Origin: Girardia tigrina
Taxonomy: Eukaryota
Assembly (NCBI GenBank): GCA_001938485.1
Contig: MQRK01249636.1
Location: 1-64,000, forward strand
Direction of reading: 5' to 3'
DNA: 64,000 nt
This document shows positions 1-11,390 of the stretch, in pieces. The position numbers and the translations under genes are program-made. Below the pieces are notes generated by a model. The model was not told where the DNA came from. It ran no database searches and was given only the letters and a program-made list of their open reading frames with translations. The stretch's first letter is position 1. Every line of letters starts with the position of its first letter.

Positions 1-57
<57 letters not shown>
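1..57. repeat. (TA)n microsatellite
   Basis: Perfect TA run at window start. Similar runs at ~21684-21727, 43436-43511, 55503-55628 and 58787-58824. Confidence 0.95.
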
Positions 58-59
<2 letters not shown>

Positions 60-1167
60 AATGATTATTTCAAAGATTTCCAAACTAAATTTCCATTTTC
101 CTTCGCTGAATGGTTAATAAAAACTTGAATTTAAATGACTCTTATTCCTTTTTGCATGATAATTAAATTTATAGTCTAAGGGTACTGATATTTTTACCAC
201 ATTCAATCCTAGAGCCTTCTTAAATAGGTTTTGTAGTGTACCCACTACTTCAAACACCTTAGTGTCGTATATTGTGTTCGTGTATATTGAAATTGGTTTA
301 TTTGTGTATTTGTCATGTTATTGTTTGTTGTTTGTGCATTGATTGTTGACGCCACTGTTCGGGGCCAGTGTGAGTGTGCGGCCGCGACATATTTATGTAA
401 ATGTACATTTTTGTATTTCTGTGTATGTTGTTTGAATGTTGCTGTGATGATAATTTTTGCTGTTCACGTTTCTCTTATCCCTAACCCATCTCATTCGGAA
501 GCAAATATTCCTGTTGGTGCTGGTAAAACAAGATCTAAAATGCCGTTTAATCACGAAAGAAATTATGAATTATTATTAAGGTAAAAAAATCAATAAAAAT
601 ATTGATGAAAATTTCTCATCAAATTACCGAACAATTCTAATTTTCAAGAGCGTATACCTGGATTTTACCTCTATTAATCATCCAAAGCATATCAAAGAAC
701 GGAAACAATCCATCAGATCGTCTACAGAACACCGATAACATTCCAGCGCATTAATATCGCGATCTAAGACATATCCGATGTCATTTGAAGGTAAATATAC
801 GATCTCGTGCCCGTGTAAACCCATGAACCCCAGTTGTTCTTTTATTTCCATCACAATCACGCTGAACGGTTATTTATTTTGTATCGAACGTTAATTGTTG
901 TTGTGTAAATATCATTTAAACATCTGAGATTTTGTTTTGTTTATTTTGTCATTTTTCTTTAAGTAAAAGCAACCTCAAGTGCACAATATCAGGACTTTAG
1001 GTTGCTTTTACAGGTTTAAAAAGAATTTTCTTCATTAAGCATTCTAAAATGGATTTTGTATTTCATTATCTATTCATTCATAATATATTATATTTAATGA
1101 TTTTAGAGAACAGGATTTAATATAGTTTTAATGAATAAAAACACTTTCCAATAGTAAATAGGACTTA

Positions 1168-2690
1168 TAGTGGTGGCAAACTTTTTTCATAAATTTTATT
1201 TTTCAAAATATTTATTTTATAAATCGTTTATATTTATTCATTGGTATATTAAAATGATACATTTTAAGTCTTATAAATTTTCTAATAATATCATTTAATA
1301 CACATGCTTGTTTTAATAAAATAATTAGATTTATATATTTTAGTACAATTTCAAGTGGTAATTTTTTTTCATAAATGTTAGTTTATTTATTATATTCATT
1401 GTAATTATAATAAAAATGGTAGGTATTCAAAGGAATTTAGAGAATTTATCAATAAGCATTAAAAAGATGGTAGAACTTATCAAGAAATAAGTGATGAATT
1501 TCACATTTCAATATCAACTGCACAAACGCTTTGTAACGACGAAATGAAAGTTATTAAACGCAAAATCGGCCCTAAAAATAAAATTACAAAGAGGTTTTCT
1601 TTGATTATGAAGAGATATATAAGGAGAGAGAACTATATTGGAAATAAAGTAACTTCAACGAAATTTTTGAAAGACATTTCTATTGATGTATCAAGAAGAA
1701 CTGATGTATCATAAACTGGTTAAATAATACAAATTATAAATATTGCAAGGGCGTACAGAAAGTGATGCTAAGTAAGAAACATAAATCTGAAAGGTTGCTT
1801 AAAATTTCAGAATGGATTCATGAAAGTATATCCTGGGAATCCGTTGTATTTTCAGATGAAAAAAAGTTTAATCTAGATGGTCCAGATAACTGGTAAAATT
1901 TGTTTGAATATACATATAAAATATTTATATGCACCAAGGTATACATATAAAAAAGAACGGATGACCATTGACAGACATTCACGGCAATGCGGTGGTGGAG
2001 GGTTCATGACATGGTGTATGTTGATGCCAAATGGCCTCATATCAGTGAAAGTGCTCCAAGAGAAGGTAAACTCAAGCAGCTATATAAAATTGTTGGAGAC
2101 CTACGCTGTGCCAATAATGAATTTAAATTTAAAACCGAATTACTATTTTGTTCAAGCCAATTGTAGTATTCACGTATCAAGAATTTCTAAAGAATTTTTA
2201 GAAAAAGTCATTTCAAGTAGTAAATTGGCCTTCAAGATCTCCAGACTTGAACCTGATGGAGAATGTATGGCGGATGTTGTCTTCTATAGTGTATGATTCT
2301 GGTCAAGCTAGAAATATCAAAGATCTGGAGGAGAAGATTGTCAAGGCAGTCATAATGATAAATTCTGAAAAAATCGATATTACTAAAGGTCTATATTGCT
2401 CTTTTCGCAAGAGACTAACTTCTGTAATGATGCACAAGGGAAATATATATAAGTCAAATGAATAAATGTATTATTTGTATCTTTTATGAAAAAATTTTAC
2501 CACTTGAAATTGTACTAAAATATATAAATCTAATTATTTTATTAAAACAAGCATGTGTATTAAGTGATATTATTAGAAAATTTATAAGACTTAAAAGGTA
2601 TCATTTTAATATACCAATGAATAAATATAAACGATTTATAAAAAAAATATTTTGAAAAATAACATTTATGAAAAAATTTTGCCACCACTA
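1168..2690 (+). mobile_element. Tc1/Tc3-like DD34E DNA transposon with ~210-bp IR/DR terminal inverted repeats; defective transposase
   Basis: TIRs tagtggtggcaaac...(1168-~1375) and ...tttgccaccacta (~2483-2690), flanked by TA. Motifs WESVVFSDEKKFNLDGPD, GGGGFMTW, FVQANCSIH (second Asp changed to Ala) and WPSRSPDLNLMENVW. Stop and frameshifts present. Confidence 0.92.
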
Positions 2691-4451
2691 TATATCAAGA
2701 TGCCACTTTATGTAGTGACGTTAAGAATTAATTCTAACTACTTGATTAAAATAATCTTTATAGTTCTTTTTGATAAAATGTTTTAACATTTTCATTTTAA
2801 CTAAAGATATTAAAAATAATTAAAAAAATAAAACAGCGTTCTCGATGCATGGTGTCTGTGACAGTTTTAACAAAATTATAGGATTGCCAAATTAATTGAT
2901 TTAATTAATTATAATTTAATAGAATAATATGTAATTAAGTCAAGATAAAAATACATTCTAACTCGTTTCGTTAGGACAGGATTTCATCATCCGTAAATTA
3001 TTTTATGATTTATTTGTGATTTACTAGTACAAAAAATACATAGAATATAATGAAATTTTACAATAGGAAGAAGCAATATGTAAGACTATTTCTGTCATTT
3101 TTTATCATTTCGCGTTTGAAGTAGAAGTTACATATTAGACTGAATTTTTTTGAAACACTAAAATCAGATTTAAGCAGTATTCTGCACTGTGCAATTGACA
3201 TGTTGGATTTTCAGCAATGTCGGATAGATTTTCATTTTTTAGAAAACACAAGATTAAATTGTTAAGAGAATTAAAATTGAAATGAATAATTTTCTGAAAT
3301 TATTTGTCATTTTGTAAAATATTTCGTATTAATATTTAAAGTTTTATTCGACATATGAAAGTAAAATCATAAATCTGAAGATTATTATTCTCCAAAGGTA
3401 AAACATTTCCTTCAGGAAACGTTTATTAGTTTTTCGAAAAAACCTTTTATTTATACTTTTTTAATAAAAAAGTGTTTATTAACGTTGTTAATAATACAAT
3501 GATTCAAAATTCCAATATTTATATTGCTGTACTATATCGTACTTTTGATTGATCACAGATTTAGATAATTTATTAATCATAAAGGAAGACTTTAAATTAA
3601 GTAAGAGTGAAGAGGGAATTATTGAGGTCTTTAATAAAGGTAAATTCGAAATAGCAATTGAAATAACAAATGTCAAACATGCTGGTTATGTTTGTACATA
3701 TTTAACGAACCCGTATTGAAATCAAACATTAAAGAATAAAATAAATTCAAAATTTTATTTCTATACTAATTTCTGTCTTCTTAAACAAATTTCTGAGGAA
3801 CATTCTTTTCTTTTCACAAACCTTTATAGATAAATATAATGTAATATAATATGAGTACGTTAAAATTTAATTTAAATTTTACAACCTCACAATTTTCAAA
3901 TTTACAATCTCTTTTTTAGAGTTTCAACATTTTTCCTATACTTCTATCATTATCTTTGAGCTTTCCTTCAGAGTTTTGGTAGTCACGTTCGTCTGTTGAC
4001 ACTCTATATAGCCGTCTACTAACTCTTTTACTGTTTTCCTTTCTTCCTCCATGTCAAAGTTATCTTTAAAATGGTCATACCGTTAAGTCATACTGCATGA
4101 CATAACCGTTTATGTGTTTGTTTGATTAACTCGCTTCGTTTCCCTCTAGGTATCCACTCTTTTTGGCCCTCTCTGGCTTTGTTTCTCGTTATTGCCGTTA
4201 ATTGTCTTGTCTTAATCGTACCCTTCTTTGCTTCTTCATGCTCCGTTAGAAATTATGAGTATGTCTCACAATTTTGTCTTGAAAATATATCTGCGTTACC
4301 ATGTAACTCTCCTTTTCTATATTCTATATAAATAGATATACCACTTAGGTCACTACGTTTAAAATTGCGTCATTAGAGGCTTCTATGTGTGAAGCATGAA
4401 CGTCATTGCTTTGTGGTCTGTTTGAAATTTGAATCTTTTTTCATATAAACA

Positions 4452-5820
4452 TTAGGTTGGTCGAAAAATAATGGCGGTTTTTGAGCTTTATACTTTGTTT
4501 ATCTACTTTGATATGTATATAAGTTTAAATGCATTAGTGTTAGATATTATTTGAAATCTTGTACCTAGTTGTATATTCCTATAGCCATTATTAACATATT
4601 GCTGTTATTTTTTAGAATATTTACGGTGCTAAATTAATGGAAAAAATTAAAATTCGAGCAATTTTCTTGTACGTATTTAAACTGGGTCGTAAAGCAGCAG
4701 AAACGGCTCGCAATATCAATAAAGCGTTTGGCAAGGAAACAGCTTCTGAGCGCACAGTGCAACGATGGTTCCGAAAATTTTCGGATGGAGATGAAAACTT
4801 TGAAGATGAAGAAGGTCGTGGTCGTCCAGTTGCTGTGAACAACGACAATTTGAGGACAATGGTGGAAACAGATCCCCGTACAACAATCAGAGAACTTGCA
4901 GANNNNNNNNNNNNNNNNNNNNNNNNNNNNNNNNNNNNNNNNNNNNNNNNNNNNNNNNNNNNNNNNNNNNNNNNNNNNNNNNNNNNNNNNNNNNNNNNNN
5001 NNNNNNNNNNNNNNNNNNNNNNNNNNNNNNNNNNNNNNNNNNNNNNNNNNNNNNNNNNNNNNNNNNNNNNNNNNNNNNNNNNNNNNGAAATGGATCCTGT
5101 ATGATAACCGACGTCGATCTGCACAGTGGTTGGACAAAGATGAAGTACCGAAACACTTTCCAAAACCGAAACTAACACTCCGTAAGGTTATGGTGACAGT
5201 TTGGTTGTGTGATGCTGGAATCATCCACTATAGTTTCTTGAATCCAGTTGAAACAATCACAGCGGAGAGGTACGGTCATGAAATTGATGAAATGCATAAA
5301 AAATTGAAAACCCTTTGTCCGGGATTGGTCAATTGAAAAAGTCCCATCTTTCTTCATGATAACGCTAGACCTCATATTTCAAAAGTGACTCTTNNNNNNN
5401 NNNNNNNNNNNNNNNNNNNNNNNNNNNNNNNNNNNNNNNNNNNCTTCATGATAACGCTAGACCTCATATTTCAAAAGTGACTCTTCAAAAGCTTAATGAG
5501 TTGGGCTATGAAACCCTGCTTCATCCACCATATTCACCAGACCTCTCGCCAACGGACTTCTAGTTTTTCAGGCATTTGTACAACTTCCTACGTGAAAAAA
5601 AATTCAAAAACCAAAATGATGCTCAAAATGCCTGCCAAAAATTCGTCGCTTCGAGAACCGATGCATTTTATGCTGATGGAATAAAACAACTTGTTTCTCG
5701 TTGGCAAAAATGTATTGATGTCAACGGTTCATACTTTGATTAATAAACTTTTGTTTCTGTGAATTTGCACCTCTTTGAAGTTTGTATCCCAAAACCGCCA
5801 TTATTTTTCGACCAATCTAA
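4452..5820 (+). mobile_element. Mariner (DD34D, cecropia-like) family A, full-length copy with assembly gaps
   Basis: TIRs ttaggttggtcgaaaaataatggcggtttt and aaaaccgccattatttttcgaccaatctaa. Transposase MEKIKIRAIFLY...[10 protein letters not shown]...HDNARPH...PYSPDLSPTDF with in-frame stops. Confidence 0.95.
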
Positions 5821-5956
5821 TAATAGCAAGTGTTGACAAAATTAGAATAATTCCAAAAGCTCTTTCTGGTTATAAGTGTATACAAAAGGTATATACAATA
5901 ACATCTTTCGTGTGTCGACATTGTGTATGATCTGTACGCTAGAACCTTTTCTGACC

Positions 5957-7234
5957 TATTAAAAAAAGGACCTGGGTCCATTTTTTTAATATTGTAAATT
6001 ATGGGTCCATTGCATTTATAAGTGTAAATTTATAAGTGCAGTTTTATATTAGTGTTATTTGTGGGTCTTTTTTTAAAAGCGTATTTTTGTCTATTTTTTA
6101 TTAGTTTGAAAATTAGTTTCTTAATTTTTTTTCTTAAATTTTTCTTAATTTTAAGGAAAAGTGAAATAAAGTTATTTTCATCCAATAATTTATTGGATAA
6201 ATTTTATTTATTTTGGTAAATAAAATGGTACATTTTGTGACCTGATGATGGGATTTTTATTATCTCGAAACGCGTCGTCTTATTTTTATCCCTATTATAT
6301 AGATTTTACCTTACAATGTATATATTAATAGTTTATATATTGTTTTTAGTTCATAGTTAATTTTTAGTTAATGCAAATGCTATTTTCATTGTGTAATGAG
6401 GGGTAATTTTATGCGACAACTATAAGTTTAGATGCTAAAATCGTGATTGTAGCAAAAATAAAAAAATAACATCCATCCGACCAGAGAGTTTTTTACAAGA
6501 ATGACCTCAGAACTTTTTTGGAAGTTCTCTTAAGATATTCCAAAGAAAAATCAGTAAAAAAGACGTTGGACAATCTGAGTTTTTCAGCTCCGACACTGAA
6601 TAAAATTCATAAAAAGATAAGGCAGTGCATTCGAAGATACTTTGATAGCAACCCGATAAAATTAAACGGTGTCGAAACGATTGTGCAAATCAATGAAAGC
6701 TTATTTTCGCATAAATCAAAATATGATAGAGGCAGAGCTACGGAAAAAATATGGGTTTTTTGTAATGGTGGACAAGTTTTACACAATGTCAAGGATACAT
6801 GGAAATTTTTCCTGATCTTAAAGCCGAAACTTTTATATAAATCATTCAAATGGCATGTAGAGAGGGCACAATGATTCATTCCGATGAGTGGCGGGGTTAT
6901 GGATCACTAACTCAACATGGATTCAATCATCAAATGTCAAACACAGTTTATTCTTTGTGTACCTTGTTACTGGTGTCCATACTCGGGCTATTAAATGCTA
7001 TTGGAATAAAATGAAAAAAACATAGCAAGTCAATGATAGGAATCAAGAAAACGGAACTAACCGCGTATTTACTAGAATTCATGTGGCGTGATAATATGTG
7101 TGGATAATATGGATCTTGTTTCGAACAATTATGTGACCTTATGAGTTCATTTTATCCTGAAACTGAAATTAATCAACAAAATACTTCAAAATTGGTCACT
7201 TGTTTTATTGTGTAATTTGGGGTCTTTTTTAATA
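5957..7234 (+). mobile_element. Merlin/IS1016-like DDE transposon relic
   Basis: IVQINESLFSHKSKYDRGRATEKIWVF, IHSDEWRGY and TGVHTRAIKCYWNKMK match Merlin motifs. Putative short TIR tattaaaaaaaggacc / ggtcttttttaata. Interrupts the gypsy RNase H. Confidence 0.8.
6239..6279 (+). ncRNA. Minimal type I hammerhead ribozyme motif (Penelope-type)
   Basis: gac-CTGATGA-t-GGGAT(ttttatt)ATCTC-GAAA-CGCG-TC^-gtc. Intact core, 5-bp stem II, palindromic ACGCGT stem III, 3-bp stem I. Confidence 0.75.
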
Positions 7235-10200
7235 TATACACATTTTGTTTACCTGATTCTGCTATTTCGTGTCCATATCTAAGATAAACTCCTCCTTTAT
7301 ATCCGGGAAACTTAATATTGGTGTTTTTATCAATGCTTCTTTCTTATCCAGAAATGTCTTCTCACATGCGTCTGTCCAGACTAGCTTTTCCTTTTCTAAC
7401 CACACATTCCCGCTAACAGTTTGGCGTTTATCACATATCTAATGATAAATCTTCTATAATAATTGCAGATACCAAAGAAACTCTATAAGTTTTTAATACA
7501 TGATCGTAATTGTAATTCTTATGTCGTTCTATCTTACATTTTTCTGGATTTATTTTAAAACCATGAAGTCTTTCCGTCACTTCATCTATGTTTGGCTAGG
7601 GGAATGCCTGTCTCCTTAATTTGATTTAAATCTCTGAAATCCAAACAAAGTCTGATCTCGTCTTTGTCTTTCTTCTAATTTCACAATAATGGTATATTCC
7701 ACTGAGTGTTACATAATATGATTATTTCATTCATTTTCAAGTTATTATAGTTGAAGGTATTTATATAGATATTATATATGAGAAATTGAAAACGATTGAA
7801 AAATTGATTATTTGATAAATGTAATTACTAATTGTTTAATGTTACAGAAATGAATTCATTATCAATCTTTGGATGTTGTTATCTTTATTCATTGGATTTT
7901 CAAAACTTATTACTTCACACATAGTATGATTATTCCATTCATTTTAAAGTTATTAATCGCTTCCTCTAATTTTCCTTCAAGATGTATCAGTTGTCTTCTT
8001 GGTTTGATATTTATGGGCCATATTAGTTTCTATTCTGTATCGTAAAACATTGGTGCATATATCCAAATCATTTGCTATGAATAAACCTCGATATTTGCGA
8101 ATAATTTCATCTACTTACTTATCATTTCCTGTTATTATCGATTTCAAAGCTTTTCTTAATATCTTGTCCGTAATCATCTTTCCAAATTTCGCTTTTACTT
8201 CTCATGTCTCTAGGTGATTTTAACCTTTCCATTGTAATTCCATCTCAAACTCTTTCATAATCGGCATGCCTCCAATCATGTCTGGTATTCGATACCTTAC
8301 TACCAACTGAATCTTTTCTGATGTCTTCCAAATTCTTACTAAAACTTCTATTTTTCCACTAAAGCTCATCTGTAGTCCATTTGCTGTTGTTACTTTCTGA
8401 CTAGTTTGTTCAATCTTTGCATTACCTAATTTCTTGAATATCTCCTTTACTACGTTGAGAGCTGTGCCTTTGTCAAATAGACATTCGATTTCTCTTTCCT
8501 CGATTGATAATTTTATACTCGAACAGCCTTGTAGTCTTTTGTATGAGATTGGAATGTTCTTATATTTATTAATATTTCTCTTGCTCCGCTTATTCTCTTT
8601 TCATAAATTTCATTACTTTATGCCTCATCTCTGGTTCATAAAAACACTTTAACTCACTACCATGTTTTTACTCATTCTTAATACTCATTTTATTTATATG
8701 TATTGTTAAAAATTAAATTATTATTTTTATTATTTCTATAATTACATTTACTATTATATATAATAAATATGTTTAGGTTTGTGTTTAGAAAAACTTACTG
8801 CAACGTAAAGATAGGTTCCTCGTTGTCTTCGAACGGTTCGTTTTTTTCTCGTAGTTCCTGATCTTCATATTTCATCAATGCTATCTGACGGTATCTTTGT
8901 TTTCTTTTTTAGTATTCCTTTGAATTCCAGCTTTTTGTTTTGCCTTTGTGCATATACATATTGTATGTTGTTTGTCTGATTCCCTCTTTGAACGTAATTA
9001 TCGCTATAGGTATGTACTTGATGACGTCTATTCAAGTTCATATAGTATGTCTCTGTTTTGCGTCCCTGCCTATTACATCTTCCACATATAATGTTCTTGC
9101 ATTCTCGTCGAATATAGCCTTCTTTCTCGCAGCCATAACATATAATCTTTCTATCTCTTCTACATTCATAACTTTTATGTCCAAATTCATTGCATTTCCA
9201 TCTTAACAATTTAATTTACAGTTTAATAATTTTTAAATTTTTACAAATTTAGTTTCATAATTTGAAAACTTTATAATTTTAAATTTTAACTTTCAAAAAT
9301 TTTCGTGGGAACGAAATTCGAACAATGCTGAAACAATTTTTGTCGGGTGGAAAAGAAATGTGAGATTTAGCACTATAGTTTTGGAAAAAAACATTTTCTA
9401 CTTGAAACTTATCGGTGTTGTCTACTTTTAATTTGTACATTTTGGCCATTGATTGAATTATTCACAGATGAATATTCCTTCCCAATTCCATCAGATGTCA
9501 TATATAAATTTCTTAGGAATAAATTGAGGAATACTAGCTTTTTTGAAATTAAAGGTAGTATTATGAAAACTCACACATTGATTATTATTTTTATTAGATA
9601 TACAATTTGAATAAACCTTGGTACAATCTTTTACTGTACCGGAATTTTAATGAATGCACTCTGCAGTGTAGAACTAGTAGACACCTAGTTGAATGACTAG
9701 TCATCCTGAAATGCGACGCATTATTTCGCATTGCTTTTATTTGTGTATCGATCAGTTGTGATTTGCATGGTTTCCCGTTTTGCCAAGTTGATATGCCTTG
9801 CTTATGTTGAACATCCATAGCCAAGTGTCCAAATTACGAAAGGTATGTCATCATACTTCTATGTCAGGCATTCACATTCAAGTTCCAAAAATACAAGATA
9901 CGCAGGTGCAAAACATACGAAAGGTACAACAATATAGTTCAAAATATGCGTGGTCCAACTTAACCAGATACCCAACTTACAAACTCCCAACTTCACAGGT
10001 TGTCTGTGTTAATAATAATAATAATAATAGTCAATGTTTTGATTTGGTCGTTATCTGTAATGGTTAATATGTCTAAGTGTTATTCATTAAAAAGGGTTTA
10101 ACTACCAGTTCTAAATTTAGCCCATCACATAACTGTTCGGCTTGCTTCGGTTTGTTACTTACGAGACATTTTTACATTCAGTGATAAAATCATTGAATCT

Positions 10201-10813
10201 CTCAGCTGTACCTCATAATCTTCTATTTTCATAATGATAACATTTACACGAATCAAGTAATTTCGAACTTTCTTTCTTGAGAAATAATTTTATATGTTCT
10301 CCTATGGGAAATGTAATAATATTGTATCTCTTGATAAAGTTTACCTTTTAGTGTGTTAAAACTAATTGTTAATTAGGCGATATATTGAATAACGACTAAT
10401 AAATGTTTCTGAAACTCATCAGAGTCCTGGTTTCCTAATTCTTTTTATGAGCCTCCCTAATAACCGAAAAAATAAGATTATGACATCCTTCAAAAAATAA
10501 TTATTCTTCAATAAAGCTTGGTAAATATTAGACTGTTATGTACGACTTGTTTCTAATTATAAGTAGAAATATTACAATTAAACTTTTTTTATAGATATTA
10601 AACATTTTTTCAAAAATAAAAAACGAAAAAGTTATATTATTACAATGATTACATTCATTCAAAAATTCCACAAATAAACTGAAGTAAGTAGTACCCAAAA
10701 ACTTTAATGCTTTTAAAAAATTTTGTTGACGTTATTTTAAGTAGCTTCAGACAAACGATTTGATAATCACGGGTAATTTATAGAAGGCCGTCAGTTTCAT
10801 CACTAAATGCTTC

Positions 10814-10872
10814 TCAATCTAAGTTTGGATTGAAGATTCTGTGTAGCTGTATGTTTCCAATGAACCTCATAT
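10814..10872 (-). CDS. Putative terminal coding exon of the zinc-finger gene (DMRFIGNIQLHRIFNPNLD*)
   Basis: Acceptor gttag at 10873. Phase-1 entry matches the preceding exon. Short, so weakly supported. Confidence 0.4.
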
Positions 10873-11228
10873 CTAACATACATTATTTTTGTTATTAAAA
10901 TGTACTAATAACATATACCAAAATGACAATAGATTATTTGGAAATGTAGTGCGAATTTGAAAAAAAGATACTGTAGATGTTAAAATAAAGAATCCTATAA
11001 TTATGTGCTTTCTATCCAAGAGAGCTATTTCTCTGTCACTTAATAGTAAAAAGTTCAAGACAACTGTGATAAGTACAAAAAAATCTATTTCGAAATTTAA
11101 CTTTTATTTAGTTATTTTTTACTATTTGAAATTAGATTTCTATTAGTATTAAGTACAATTTTCGTAATAATAAATATGAAACAATTTTTAGAGTAAATTA
11201 GTAAAAAGAATTAAAGATTCAAAAATAC

Positions 11229-11390
11229 CATTAGTAGGATCAAAAGGATTCAATGAAGAGCCACCAGAACCACCATTGCTAGCGACTGAAAGGTAATCCC
11301 CCGAAGAAGCTGACGTGCTAGACCAAAAATTACTAAAGGCTCCCATGCCATTTGTGTCAGGACCAGAGTTACTGTCTGACCTGTTGCTGC
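11229..11390 (-). CDS. Putative internal exon of the zinc-finger gene (GSNRSDSNSGPDTNGMGAFSNFWSSTSASSGDYLSVASNGGSGGSSLNPFDPTN)
   Basis: Acceptor attcgcacag and donor aatg|gtattt. 162 nt, phase 1-1, open frame. S/N/G-rich like the C-terminus of the large exon and joins its phase-1 donor at 22746. Confidence 0.7.

Larger units (their letters stand above)
3910..9210 (-). mobile_element. Degenerate Ty3/gypsy LTR retrotransposon (gag knuckles, protease, RT, RNase H) split by nested insertions
   Basis: CCHC knuckles in ORF 8865-9209 (CNEFGHKSYEC, CYGCEKEGYIRREC). RT remnants ~7400-8100. RNase H segments PILSFPDIKEEFILD (~7280-7320), EKVLAYRSYTMSTHE (~5910-5955) and FKFQTDHKAM...IEYRKGELHGNAD (~4290-4435). 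Boundaries approximate. Confidence 0.8.

Noticed and set aside
2957-2995. Minus-strand CGGATGA...GAAACGAGTT hammerhead-like string
   Set aside because: Core mutated and stems I and II do not pair. At best an old relic.
5352-5485. 42-bp direct repeat on both sides of a 50-N gap
   Set aside because: Most likely overlapping contig ends in a mariner (assembly artefact), not a biological repeat.
10394-10426. Minus-strand gact-CTGATGA-gtttca-GAAA...agtc
   Set aside because: No stem II or stem III pairing, so it cannot be called a ribozyme.
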